Shown: positions 37,770 through 51,490 of the stretch, piece after piece
Numbering within the stretch: the first letter of the stretch is position 1
Layout of the letters: every line of letters begins with the position of its first letter
Source of the DNA: Blasia pusilla
Taxonomy: Eukaryota
Assembly: GCA_050084515.1 (NCBI GenBank)
Contig: CM114271.1
Span: forward strand, 40,176,001-40,240,000
Direction of reading: 5' to 3'
DNA: 64,000 nucleotides
Translations under genes and position numbers: made by a program
Notes under the pieces: generated by a model
Seen by the model: the letters and a program-made list of their open reading frames with translations, nothing else
What the model was told of the DNA's origin: nothing
Database searches by the model: none

Positions 37770-40190
37770 CATGATGCATAGGATTTAAACGTATTTTCAT
37801 TAATGACAATATAGTAAGAGGAAATCATCAAAAGACATTTGACTTTCTTTGTGATATGCTAAGGAGCCAATTGACTACCGATCTGATGCATTCACATGAG
37901 TCTTACCAAAGAGGTTGGTGAGTATTGAGAGACAAGTTTTTATCAATCTATTGTGTCTTGCCATAGAGGATTACACAAAAGGGAATTGGATAGCTCTTTG
38001 ATATTTGGCAGTCTAAAATTGTGCAACTTGTCCTCAAAGTAATTAAAACACTTGTGGAGTTGGCTTGTGGGATAGTGAGTTGACCAAAAAGGCAACGTAT
38101 TGAGAGGATGAAATCTTATTTTGAAGAATAACATAGCTATCTAAATTCTTGCAATGCAATTAATATGACTCACTTTCTCATGAAACTATTAGCTGGTGCA
38201 AACTCAACGGTATGGTATAGTCATAAAAATAAATCTTATGTGTGTGCAATGCAAACTATTTTTATTCAAGATTGTGATTTTTGAATGTGTTCATCATATA
38301 TCCGATTTCCTTGATTCTTGACTTTTCCAAACCTACCAATTCTACAAAAATATCAGCTCATGCCAAAGGGTCCTCGATGGACTTTTAGTTCCTCTAATAA
38401 ATGGCAAGAGAATTGAGGAGCACATTATTGATGATATAGGATATCCACTATTTGCCACAGCTTGTAGTTCCTTATCTTGAAACACCTATTGGAAAAAATG
38501 ATACCTAGAACTATGATCATTCTTCCATGAGGATGTGTGTGGAGAGATCTTTCGCCCGATTAAAAGAGATATGGCACATGCTCAACTAACTCATTTACAA
38601 GCCCAACTTACATATATTTCCAAAGATGATCTTTGTTGCACAAACTCTTTATAATATTATGATAGATAGAGAAGATCCTCTTGTCGATGGTCTCGTAGAT
38701 CCCTCGTCCTTGACAAGGATCCATGTACAAAGAGGTTCTAACAATCCTCCAAACAATGAAATATATGATGTAAAAAGAAATAGTGATACTCTTTTCAAGA
38801 ATGTCATGGCAGGAGCTCAATAGTAATTTCAACATGGTAATAAAGTTGAGTCATTTATCATGCAATGAGTACATCATACATGCATTCTTTTTACCATATC
38901 TTATACATGAATTATGATAGATAACATGTGAATGAAGTTGCATTTTGTTATGAATTCCAATGAATTTTTCTTGAACATAAGATTTGAAGATGTTAATGAC
39001 GTTGAATTACTGTCAAATGTACGATTTCAAGATATCCCTTCTTAATCTCCTACTAATGATACGAGACAGTGTTGTAGAGATCAATTTGAAAACATCTGCA
39101 ATCTTTTGTAGGACTTGTAGTTTTAATTTTTGTTTCTCAAGATCTTGTCTATGAGCACGATCCATAACATATACTATGGAATCAGTAAATTGGTGGGGGC
39201 CATGGAGCTCCCATGTCGTCATTTTCCTCAAATATGAACACTGAGGATTTTTTTTTCATAGATCCATATTCACAATACCACATAACCACAACAAAATTGT
39301 AACTTCAATTGAAAGTCTCCCATTATTTTGAAGATGTGAATGAATAAAGAAATGTTCCAAGTAGTCATAATGTGGAAGAAAATCATTATTAAAAGAACCT
39401 TGAATAGGAAAAGACCATGAAGGTGGAGTGCTTAACGGTAGCTTAGTAGACACCCTTTTTAACTCACTAGGATCTCAAATGACTCCACCTCTACATTAAT
39501 AAACAAGAATTTGGTAACAACCTTTATTTTCGTCATAAGTGATGGTCAATGAGAAATAAACATTGCCATTCATATTCATATACCTAGAGTTACGGGTGGA
39601 GTTGCGGGAGTGATGGGTGGGATTTTGTTGCATGAGAGTTCCCTCGTATATTAGATATCCATAAGTATATGCACTTCCATGACCAATCGTTAATGAGGAA
39701 GTCCATTGTCAAGGCCATTTCCATCTTGGGAGGAAAAAAATTTTGACAATATGAAAATATGATAAGATCATTATTAAGATCAAGGAGACCATAAGTATGA
39801 AAGCACAACACTCCCATGCTCCGCATCTTATAGTCTAGAAAGCCAATATACTATATCTTTGTTGTAAGTTTCATTGAAGCTTAAAGGTAGAGCCTTCTGA
39901 TCCTTTTTTGACATGTGTGTGTCATAGTACGATAACTCGCCATTCGCTGCCTTCTCCTCCCAAACATCAACACGTGCTAAATAAATAGATAAGTGTGACA
40001 TGAAAAAATAAAAGTTTTGGAAAGGCATGAGATTATAAATCTTTTCTTAAACCAACTTACCTTTTACATTTTGTTCGCAACAACATTCAATTTTTTCTTG
40101 CATGCTTGCCCATCACGAATTAGTTGAGCCAATTCTTCTTGTAGCAATAGTCAACCATTTTTCCCCACTTTTGCTTTAAGATGGCCATAT
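37770..40190. mobile_element. Decayed PIF/Harbinger transposon (nuclease on +, convergent second ORF on -)
   Basis: The + strand 37770-38823 gives IIDDIGYP, LVVPY, NYDHSSMRMCVERSFARLKEIWHML and TLYNIMID (HARBI1-type DDE nuclease). Fragments on - at 39013-40190 lie where the Myb/SANT-like gene is expected. TIRs not located. Confidence 0.75.
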
Positions 40191-43100
40191 TAAATGGAGT
40201 AATATAATTCAACTACCTCCTTTCACTATACTTTTAAAAAAGACCCTAAATTTATTAGCATGAGTGATTTCCTGAAGGTATAGTATCAAGCCTATCTTAA
40301 GACAACTATGAATCAAAAGTTCTTGAATAGTAAATGAAAAGGATTAGATCAAACTCGGTTAAACTACCCAAACTTTGAAATGAGTGACCGACTTTTCAAA
40401 CTGATACTAAAGTCATCAAATCTATATAATATCTTATCTCGAATGAAACTAATTTGACACCAATGTAGAATTGCAACTTATAGTAAGATTAATATGCCTA
40501 CATTCTTTAGTCATGGAATGACACCTCATCCACATAACTTCTTTGGATTTAGCATAGTACAATATCTTGAGCCATTTGTCAATCGTAATCATCATGGTAA
40601 AACAAAATTCATCGACATGACATAAACTATTAGAGTTGGTCATCATGACCTTCTATTGTGAGAGAAGGATGTATTTCATAATCGCACAACAACCAATTTA
40701 AGTGCATAAGCAGGTCTAGAGGTCCAACAATGAGGAACGATTAAGAAATGTGTGATGAGTTGTGATTGAAGAAGGCTCCACCATTTGGGCAAGGTGCATA
40801 GTAGAGTGTATGACACATCAAAGAGTTGGCAATGGTGATGCCATAGCGGATTAACACAATGGGGTTAGGATTGAGTTACAATTAATATATTGCATTAATT
40901 TTCTCTCAATTCATATAAATTGATGGACAAAAGTTCACACCTCCGTGAATTTGCCTTTGATTTAAATGTGCCAAAACCAAACCAATAGGTCAATGAGAAC
41001 TCAAATTTCTTCAAATCTATGAAACATGATCAAAACCCCTTCAAATATCTCGGAAGAACAAAGCACATTCAAATGTAGGACAAGGAACATTGCACTTGTG
41101 GAAGTTTAGATACCCTCCCAAAAAATTATAATCACTCACCATCACCATAATTTCCTCTGATGGAAAGGTCTAACAACCACCCTCAAAAAAATGTAGGGAA
41201 ACTAAATTCTTGACAGATAACAATTGGTTCCTTCAAAAGTTTGACCGGTTTGGAAGGGCGTGAGGACGCAACCCCTACCTCGTGCCCAAAGTTTTTGGGC
41301 GTCGGCCATGTGGTGACCATGCTTAGATTGTGTAACTCTAATGATAAACTAATGATTGTGACTAGTTTCATGGTAATGCAAGTCGTAAGATCAAATGCAT
41401 CTCTTAAAACGGCCAACATTGATGAGGGGAAGTGGCCCATGGGATAAAGCACTCAAAGAAGAGTGCAAAGTCTATGCATGCATGGTTGCTATTCAAAACC
41501 CTACTCACCTTCATTCCAAATTTAGACATCCAACTTTGATCTCCAACATAAAGCTCTCCCTCTAGAAAATCAAGATGTGTTGGTCTAGCCACCTTTGCAC
41601 CCTATGCTTCAACAACATATGAAAAAATCCATAGATGCTTATTTACTCTCATCTTTCCCCTAATCATTGCCTTAATAATCTCTATAAGCTATGAGCCAAC
41701 AAATGGATGTAATGAGATAGAGATATGCCACTTGGATCCCTTGTTTCATCCAGGTTATCATCCAAGGGAGATTGCTAGTTTAGGTCCATCTCATAACACA
41801 ACATCTATCTCCATCATGTGTCTTTAGGCACTGCCATCATACCTATAAATAAACCCATCACTTGCTCTTGCTCATAAAAAAACAACCTCCTCTATTCCTT
41901 GATCTTTTTTGCATATTCCATATTATGCGTGGTTTTCCTTAATGAAAGGTATGCATGGGATGATGAAAAAGAACAAAGATGGATAAGTTTGCTCTTAGAA
42001 TTTCTCCATCCTATTGGCCAATGCCCATGGTGTTTATCATTGTGAGCTGTTTTTAGAGATGGTCGCCCTAGATTCAAGACCACATAAATAGTCAAATGGG
42101 ATGCTCTTTGAATTCCATCATAATCTCGCCTCAACGTCTCCGATGGTAGAAGGTTTGTCCACCCTAATTATGGATGAGTTGTACGTATTATGATACTCTC
42201 CACGTCTTACAGTTGGTCTTAACCATTGTTGTATATAAAGCACAATCGTCAAAACTTATGTATGGGTGTCACAAAATAATGACACATTCTCCATAATGTA
42301 TGCCGAAGAATAAGTCTAGCTCTTCTATATGTTTCGCAAGACTCATAGGATGTCCCGAAGCATGTAAACGAAACCCTTGATTGACCAATCAATAACCATT
42401 GACATAACCATCCAAAGATCACCAAATGAATTATCATACTCCTATTAAAATCCTAAGCTCTCCAAAATGAACTATTTGTAAGTAATATATGCTAATACCT
42501 GCTTATTGTTGATGTTAGTAAGAACTCAACACGCTACTTGAATTACCTTGTCAATCCGTAATGAGAATGTTCTTGTGATCTACCCGTATGTTGACATATA
42601 AAAATACAACCAAAGAGATCTAGCATCCGTGCACCCTCCTCAAGACGTTGGCACAAAACTCCTTTGGTATCCAAAAATTATAGTGTCACCACTTTATGAG
42701 AAAATTTTATTCCTCATGCTTTGGAATGAAAGTGTAGCTCCATGTTTGCCCCAAATAAGCTCACGAGAGTTTGATGTTCGTATCCACAATGATAAAAAAA
42801 ATTATTGCCTTGGGAAGAGACACCCAAGATTACCACCCTCATTGATTGGAAACTTCCTTCTCTTAAAAATCAAGGATGAATCCAAGGGGCTAGAAAATTT
42901 TCCTCCCCATTGAAAAATTGTAAAACTCTACTCATGTCACGATTGAACAAGCGTACACCATTGCATTATGAATCAAAAGCTCTTGTTGAACTTTGATCTC
43001 TAAATCCTACCAAGCCATAAATTTTGTGGGGGAAAAACACCCTAATTAACAAATAATTGTATCTTGAAGGGATGTAGCTCGATGTCTTCTTTGTATAGCT

Positions 43101-44631
43101 CAAACACAAAATACGTTGCCTTCCTAATATAAAATTTTATCTTCAAAATCCAATATGATATATTGTAGATGGTATACCCTACATATCAGACTAGCCAAGT
43201 GAAACACATAAGTACTCTAATTCTCCAACAATACTATTCTCGCTATCAACATAGCTCACTTTATTGTAGGTTAGTTGCAAATTGGCACATCCACCAAGCT
43301 ATCTTCCTAAGCCTTTTAAGAATCATGGGGGATATCTCAAGCATGTGCTCCAAGGGTAGGTCCACCTTCTCACTAACTATCTATGTACAAGAGATAATAA
43401 TTTCTCCATGCTCACAAAATAAGATGGCTAACCAAGACATCTTAACTCACCCAACTCCAACAGTGCCAAGTCCATGGTTAAAAATTAAGGACTTTGAAAC
43501 AGTTTATTGGCAATCCCCAACAATGTACATTGTGAGCTAATCATGCACTTGCTTCACTGGTAAGAACAATGGATTGCCAATGACCTACGGAGTGCCTTCG
43601 ATAATGTGAATGACTGACATAGGAAACTAATAATGTGAATGCCCATATGTTCCCAATTGTGGGTCTAATTGAACTTGCACTTCCAAGTGGCTTGATCTGT
43701 CTTGCACCACTTTGAGTTACAATAATGATAAGATAAATGTGTGCTATTGTACATATGACCCTCACCATACTACAAAAAAACACTTATATCATGATATCAT
43801 GTGGATGTTGTAGTTAAGTTAGACATTCATGGATTTGTATCGTATTCCGATTCCTCTGATTGATCCATCTTCATGAGTATTGTTGCATCTCATGCATTTC
43901 GTGTAACTTCTTTGGTAGGTGGTGTGCCTCATTCACCATTTCCATAATCTTCTATGAGTCCACTACTAGTACCTCTTCCTCCCTCTAAGCATAAATTTTG
44001 GTGAAGTTTGGAATATCTATATCTTGTATGATCGGACATATGATAGTTGGTCACATACTTGGTTATGGTGGTACCATATGAGGATGGGTTATTGATAAGA
44101 TGAGCCGTTTTCTGCACTCAAACCTAATTTTGTACTCCCTCCATCTACGGGGTCTACCTCAAGTCCACTTGCAACAAACTACTAAATAAATAAACTAATA
44201 ACCCTACAAGGCTACACTCACACATATACACAAAGAGAACTAGATTGCATAAATAAGAAGAGTGAGAATGTGGACAAGAGTCTTATCTTTTACTCGATAT
44301 CAAGGTAGGGATAAGAAGTGATTGCCCTAGAATCCATATAAAAGGCTTATTACTCTATTCTTTATGGTGACATGTACACACAAGTTACTTTTTGACTTGC
44401 CATTTAAAATTCCTCTTACTAAACTATATGAGTTATCTTGAGCTTGGGCACTATATGTCATCGCCTCATACGCTTATGATATTAGTCATTGTGTCTAAGC
44501 ATACTATGCTACCTCAATAGTGCTTATCTCCCAACACAATATTCTTAATATTTTAGATCATCTCGATAGATTCACTATCCAATGGTGGAAATGATTATGC
44601 AACAAATGTATGAGTGATTCTTAATAGAGGA

Positions 44632-44830
44632 CTAGTAAGGTGCCCGTGCGATGCATAGGAAATACAAAAGTGTTTGAAGAGTTAGTGTATAGCTCATAAA
44701 AGGAAGAAATTAATTCAATTTTTTTCTTGATGCCCGTAGCATGTTAAACATTTTCTTGTTGCCCAATTGCCACGTGTCAAGCAGAGAGGTGTTTGCAAAT
44801 CAAGAAGGCACTCTCCTATAATAATATAGA
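44632..44830 (-). mobile_element. Non-autonomous mini-Helitron
   Basis: On -: A|TCTATATTATTATAGGAGAG ... CCTATGCATCGCACGGGC-ACCTTA-CTAG|T. Confidence 0.85.
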
Positions 44831-44959
44831 TTATGGATGTCTCACCCAAACTTGTTTTGCATGTACATATTGCTACACAACATATATTAATATCGCTAAT
44901 CAAACACTAAAACACTAAACTCACCCATACTTAACTGTGGAGTCAACAAATGGCGGAAA

Positions 44960-45115
44960 ATATCTCTTATAGGGGAAATTTTGGAAGAGGGCCAAGGGAA
45001 AGAGAGGATATACCTTAAGAAGAGAGTTCAAGAGCTCATTATCTCTTTGTTGAACCTCTCTGCATGAAGCAGTGAAGTTATGGTACTCATTGCCTTGTGA
45101 GTAACCCAAGCCTCT
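44960..45115 (+). repeat. Diverged fragment of the A-type terminal repeat of the DNMT-Gypsy family
   Basis: Reverse complement of the GAGGCTTGGATTAC...GAGGTTCAACAAAGAGA.AATGAGCTCT...TTAAGGTATA segment of 20881-21366. Confidence 0.7.
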
Positions 45116-45181
45116 AGTGCAAGCATTTCACCTTCTCGACCCTAAACCTTAAATAGAGGTTCGAGGCTCGCTTTCTATAAA

Positions 45182-45371
45182 CTAGCATCCTGCTTGTGCA
45201 TAGCATAAGTTTAAAAATCACTGTAAAAGAAACACGTATGTTAAATTTAGCTCCTCTTGTTAGCTCTTGTGTTAAGCAATACACGTGTCAATACGAGAGG
45301 AGTGCATAAAGCATATGTGTCGACACCAAAGGAGGGGTTCCTCAAACCCCATCCTCTTTTAATAATATAGA
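45182..45371 (-). mobile_element. Non-autonomous mini-Helitron
   Basis: On -: A|TCTATATTATTAAAAGAGG ... CTTATGCTATGCACAAGC-AGGATG-CTAG|T. Confidence 0.75.
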
Positions 45372-47831
45372 TATAAACAAACTATCTCAAATTTGGGAAT
45401 TTACTCAAAATAGCAAGTTTCTAAAATCAGTTATAATTTCAGCCTAAACCAAGAGAAAATCTACGGAGTACCCTATTCCTTAGCATATCATCCTCAATGT
45501 ATTGGGTTCGACTGCTGGCATCCCCGGAATTTCCATGGGATACTCTTTGTTTTGCTACAAAGGAAGTAACAAACTCTATTCAACACCAATATAGGAGATT
45601 GAGTTATAGTCAAGCTTATCGAACATACGAACTGCTACACTTGGTACTCGTATGAAGTAGGGAAGCTAATCTTGGTTAGTTGGTTAAGCACGATTATCTT
45701 AATGAGGGTTAGTTAACCACACTAAGTATAACTTGAGACTCTGGGTAGGATTAGGGTTAGGATTTTTTCTACATATTCTATATAATTGAGAAGGGGGACC
45801 CCCCCCACTCACTCTCTCCTTGCAAATTTTTTTTTTCTATGGTGGTGTGTGAGTGTGAGAGCCCTATCGCATCAGTTATGCTTGTTTAGTAATTTCTACA
45901 AAATTTACCCTAATCCTCCCACACTCCTTAGCTCACATGAGCTAATGGAAATGTCAAGTTGTCCATAAGATCCCTACTTCAAAATTCTCCATATATCTAC
46001 AAATATACTAAATACAAAAATAGTCAACACTCGATAACCTCATCACGATTCACGACCATCCAAATCCACTTGCACTCAACAATCCCATCACCTACACAGT
46101 ATTTCTTAAAAGTTCTATATGTAGACAATACCCTCAATAACAAGTGACAATGACCTCTCTACAGATTTTGTGCCTTGCTTCTTCCTTGTTCCTTGTTTGC
46201 CCACCTTTTTGCTATATAAAAGTGTTGATGCTCCCCTCCAATGTGTTGCTACTAATATTATGTCACGTTGCCTTACCAATAAATCCTATAGAAAATGGAT
46301 GGCTTCCATATAGTGCAACGATATTCTCAGCAATAAAATGGACCTCACAAGCAAAAATTCCTCTTCCATGGCTCTCAAGGAGGCTCTCCAATTGCTCACT
46401 TGCACACAATAAATCCCCCCGTTATCCCGACCATGCCTTTCTCTTGTAAAATAAAACTAAAAGTTGCTCACATGACTAATTCCAATCTTAATACATCATG
46501 TCTTCAAATCATATCCATACTCTATTACGAAGGAATTCAGACTCTAATACCAAAACTCCTACTAGACCGTAGAGGAACAAGTTCCTATTCGGCTTCTACT
46601 TGGTTCCCACACTAAGATGGGTTAATAAAAAATAAATTGACCTATAGATGCATGGCATATGGAAAATATAGTGTTAGAGTATAATAATAAATAGTTAGGA
46701 CCCGTGAGGGAACATTACGATGCGCGGCCCACTCCACGGTCCCTAGCCATGAACGCCTCATTGCGCTACTTGAATGCCCCTCTACCTGAATGCCCCATGC
46801 CATATGCCATAAATTCTGGATTTAGAAGACAAGTGATGAACTCTCCCATGTCGTCATTTGAAAACCACTCCTATGACAATAATATAGATTAGAACCTAAT
46901 ACCCTTTTCATTTTAATTTATGAGAGTTTAAAATTATAAGACAAGAAATATCCACAAGAAAATACAATCTATGTGATCAAAATGATGCAATAAATTCCGA
47001 TAACTGTTTCCGAATTTTCCGTATTGAATAAAATAAAAATACTTCAGAATATAGTACTGTACTACGGTAGTGCTATACGTGGCGGGGCGTCAGCGTCGGC
47101 AACAAGACCAGGTGAGTCATGACTCATGAGTAATAATCAGCAGTAACTAAACCAAACCGAACCGCACAGAGGCCGTGACCGGTTGTTCCCAGTCGGTGCC
47201 AACGGTCCTGTGACCGTCGACTGCGGTGGCGTACGTCGCTTCCAGCTGACCGTTGGTGCCACCTTTTCGGCCCATTTCAAACGACTAGATTCCGCCCCTC
47301 CCTCCTCACCTCGCCTGCCTTGTCTGCCTTATTCCACAGCTCCCGCCTGCGATAGCCCTCACACATTAATTGTTCGCGCGCTTTCTCTACTCTTCCATGC
47401 GACTGATACCTCTTCGTCTTCAGCTGCGAGTCCTCTTCTGGTGCTCGGCGCTTCGCAGGTAGCTCGCTCGTCCGCACGAAGTGCACGGTCTGTCGTTGTG
47501 CATGTGATTCCCATCCGATTTTCGGAGAGCTCGATCGTCCGGGGCGTGCCGTGGAGGTGAGGAGCGAGCGATGAGTGTGGGAATCGTTTGCGCGGTGGTC
47601 GGGGTGTGCTTGGGTGGCGTGGATGTTTTTCGCGGCTTGCGCTGGTCGAGTTTGTGGGGAATGATGAGGATGTGAATACTGTCTCACTTGTGGTGGTGTG
47701 TTCGGTTTTCCAGATTGTGACTGTTTCTCTGGCGGTGTTCCCCCCTAGTCTCGCATTTCCTGCTGCTTGACCCCCGACTAAGCTGTTGGAGGCGTTTCTT
47801 CGAGTTCAATCTCTGTAGGCCACCTCGAAGC

Positions 47832-48684
47832 ATGCCTTCGATTCAGTACTCCGAGAAGTACTTCGATGACACCTACGAGTACAGGTGTGGATTCGTTTCC
47901 CTTACGTCTCTTTGTCGAGTTGAGCTGCGTCATGGTGCGCGGGGCAACCCGACTGGTATAGTCCGTCTCCCCTCTGCCACATTCTTGCCGATGGAGCTAA
48001 AGAAGAGCGAGTCGAGAAGAGGGAGACGGATTTGGGGCCTATCTTTGATTATTTGAAAACGGTGCTCAGCTGTCGTATAGGAGGAGACAAGGTCGACGCA
48101 CTTTCTTGGTTTGAAAATTCATTTCCCTGCATTCCAAGTAGCACAGTCTTCCTCGGGCCTTAACACGCACATGCAACGCATGTGCTTCGGATTTAGTGGA
48201 GCGGCCCAGGTGAATAAGCCGTTGTGAATGTCTGCAGGCACGTCGTATTGCCCCCGGAAGTTGCCCAGCTACTCCCCAAGGATCGTCTTCTATCCGAGGT
48301 CTGCATTCATCTCTGTCAAGCACACTTTTTCCTGGGGTCTGGTGCAGGAGTTTCCTGTATGACGTTTGCTGGTGCCGGTGGTGTCTCGTGATTGCCTTGA
48401 ATCACTTACGGTCTTTGGTCTTTTCTCTAGGGTTGCAAGTTATCCGTAGTTGTGTAGTACTTCTGCTGCTGATTTTTTGGATTCTATCTGAAGTCATCTT
48501 TGCCTCATGACAGCCGGAGTGGCGAGGAATAGGTGTTCAGCAGTCCAGAGGTTGGGTGCATTACGCTATTCACAGGCCAGAGCCACATATTATGCTCTTC
48601 CGTCGACCTCTGAATTATCAGCAAAACGCTCAGCAGCAACAACAGCAAGCGCCTGCCGTTCAGCCCCTGGGTGTGAAAGCCTAA
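47832..48684 (+). CDS. CKS1: Cyclin-dependent kinases regulatory subunit (CKS/Suc1), 3 exons, 94 aa
   Basis: Exons 47832-47884, 48238-48298 and 48514-48684 splice in frame to [83 protein letters not shown]...; plant-type poly-Q tail. Confidence 0.97.
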
Positions 48685-49659
48685 TGACACAGCGAGTTGA
48701 TCAGTCTCCAGCGCAACCGATCTGTTTGCTACTTGGAGTATGTGCGCTAATCAGTGATTCTCAGCGGTTTTACACAGTACAGTAATGTCCGTGTTCTTCT
48801 CTGGACCCACGAAGACTGAACGGCTGCACTTGTGGTCCAGTACTCTCTTCTGGATAGTCAACGGAAATGAGATTTTTATGGAGGCTGTCCGGATAATTCT
48901 ACTCATACTACCGATCATTGGGTTCATCAAGCGATGAACTTCCCAGTGCAGCTCACGCCCATACTACGGGAATTAGAATGGCGAAAACCCACGTCCACCT
49001 CTAATTAGTATCTGCAGCTTTTCACCCCTTTCAATACTAGGTAGCATGTGGAAGTTTGCTGGACTCTCCCCCGCAGTGCTGACACTTTCCCATTCAGCTG
49101 TTTCATTTGATGGTGCGTTACGATCAGACTACCTATTAACCAAACTTAAGCAGAGTAGGGATTCCTTATGTGTACAATAATGACGCAATAAAGAAAAGCT
49201 TACACGTTCGATCTCTCCGAACTCTCAGTTCGTGGACTATACTTGCCTGTGTTCTGGACAGAGCCTGTTTCTTGGCCTCGTCCGACTAGACCTTTGCATG
49301 TAAACGAGCTCCACATGAATGTAGCACTCCACATTAAGAATTCATTTGTCGTTAGCGGGAATACCAAGTGCGGAAACTCTGAAAGGGTAAAGCGAATCCG
49401 CTGGGCTAGAAGATGTTTTCTGCATCACTACGCCCGAACATGTCATTTCTACACTATTTGCATAATAGAGGCAGGAATGTGCATTTGACAATTGACAAAA
49501 ATGGGGTTGCCCAGCAGACGAGCCGCACAGCGCGAATTTGCCAGTCGAATTTACGAGATTACACACCACACCTATGCGGAATTTTAATGTCATCATTGTT
49601 TCGAGAGTACCCTTGAGTGCAAACACGTCTTGATGTGTACAATCACCTTTTCTTTCTGC

Positions 49660-49760
49660 AATTGTGTCCTTTCTTGAACAAGAAAATGTTCAAGAAAGGA
49701 CACAATTCAATCATAATTTAATCATATTCAATTGTATACAAATGAATATGATTAAATTAT
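49660..49760. repeat. Two adjacent AT-rich inverted repeats
   Basis: Perfect 21-bp arms at 49660-49680/49687-49707, then a 48-bp palindrome at 49713-49760 with one mismatch. Confidence 0.9.
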
Positions 49761-51490
49761 AAAGGAGAAAAAAACTAACATCTGTCTCATTAAATTGTAT
49801 AATGTGTAAAACTACAATTTCATCAATTTACGTTCATGTTCCATTCCTTTAGGTGTAAGAGAAGCGTTAACTTACGCACTTCATCGTAATGATTAGGATT
49901 TTTTTTTTTTTTTTTCACTGATTGAAACGTGCCAGTCGACAAAATCATAAACACATGGATAATATCCCACTAATTTATCCGTTAGAATTAAGATCCTTTC
50001 CTCCACTCGAGAGTCCGGAACCTTTCGAGATACTTCTAGAGAGTTTGTGAGCCCCTTTTTACGTCTTTTCGATGCGAAAGGCTGTTCCCGCTTTGGTGAG
50101 GACCAGCACAAAGTCGTTCACTGAACGCAAAGGCCTGGATCCTAACGTTTCCTTCACCCCATCTACTCGGATGAGGGAATACGATCAATGCGGCGTGACG
50201 GAAGAGCGGACGGGGCGTGTCACCGTCGCGGAGATCCGCGCCTACGGACGGACAGTCCCGAGTTCCGACCCGTCTAGAGTCTCGACGAGTAGCATCTCTC
50301 TGTGTGCGACTGTGCGGCGTGCGCTTCCAAAGATCCAAAGGCGCCCCCCGCCTCCCCCGGCTTCCCGTCACCGGCTGCCGGTAAGACCCAAAACACCACG
50401 TAAGACGCCCTTATGTCCTGGATCTGGCCCCCGGATACCTTCGGATCAGTGGCAACCCGAAGCGAGTGGTCGTTCCCGGAATGTTGTCGTACAGACGATC
50501 GCACGAGATGAAGTCAATCGATGAACTTCGAGGAAGATTCTGTAGGCGAACACGGCGTTCCTCACCGTGCCGGGACCCCGGGACACTCCGGGCAGAATCG
50601 ACGGAGCCGAGCAGAGCCGAGCCGAGCTTCACCGGGGACGGACCGGAGAGCGCGCAGAATCAACGCGGGCACCGTCGCGGAAATCCACAGAGTCAACAGC
50701 GGCCCTGGCCCATCGACCCGACCCGACCTGATCTGAGTTACGCGCTGTGCGGATCATTCCTGAAAATTCACGGGGCTCAGTACATGCTGCTCTCTCGCGC
50801 AGATTGAGTGCCAGGGGAGGCCGATCCGCCCGTACGATCATCTCCTCAGATGCTTTCCAACTCGTAAAGTCTCGACACCGCCGGATGGGAGCTGAAGATT
50901 CTACAACCATGGCCGATCTTAGTGCGCTGTCCGTTCTTATTGCATGTGGAATTGGACCTTGACGGAGCGGGGCCCTCGTGGCTGTAGACTGAGTTTCTTC
51001 AGAAGCCGTGTTTAAGGCAGTCACCGCTTTGGTGCCCGGCCTCTCGGGTGCGATGTTGGCGATGTTATGACTTTCCCAGATTCATTGCTTTGCAGTGAAG
51101 CGGAGCCGGAGTTATCAGTTCCCGGATCGCATTTTAGACGATGCGTTTTAGGTTGTGGAGGGGCGGGGGCACAAATTGTTGATACAATGGCGGAATTTGG
51201 TTAGTTCACGATGAATCCCGGCTATGGAAAGACCCTTGGACTGGCGCTTCATGGTTTGGAGCTATCGTACGCATGCGTTTTCTGCGGCCGTCGGTCGGAT
51301 GGCGTGTGACAGGATGGATCTACGTGTTTCGTTCATTTATTCAGGAAGTTGCAGGGAGGTTTTCTAGTTGGATTGTGGAATCGAGAGCCTGAAGCTTGAA
51401 GGGTTCCTCTCGTCATCTAGTTAGGAATTCAAAGGTTTAAGAATTGAAGAGGTGGGCGATCTACATTGGGATCAACAGTGCTGATTCACA

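Noticed and set aside
50036-51024. Overlapping GC-rich ORFs of 70-150 aa
   Set aside because: No recognisable domain; best explained as promoter/5' UTR of the ZZ gene, where GC richness suppresses stop codons.
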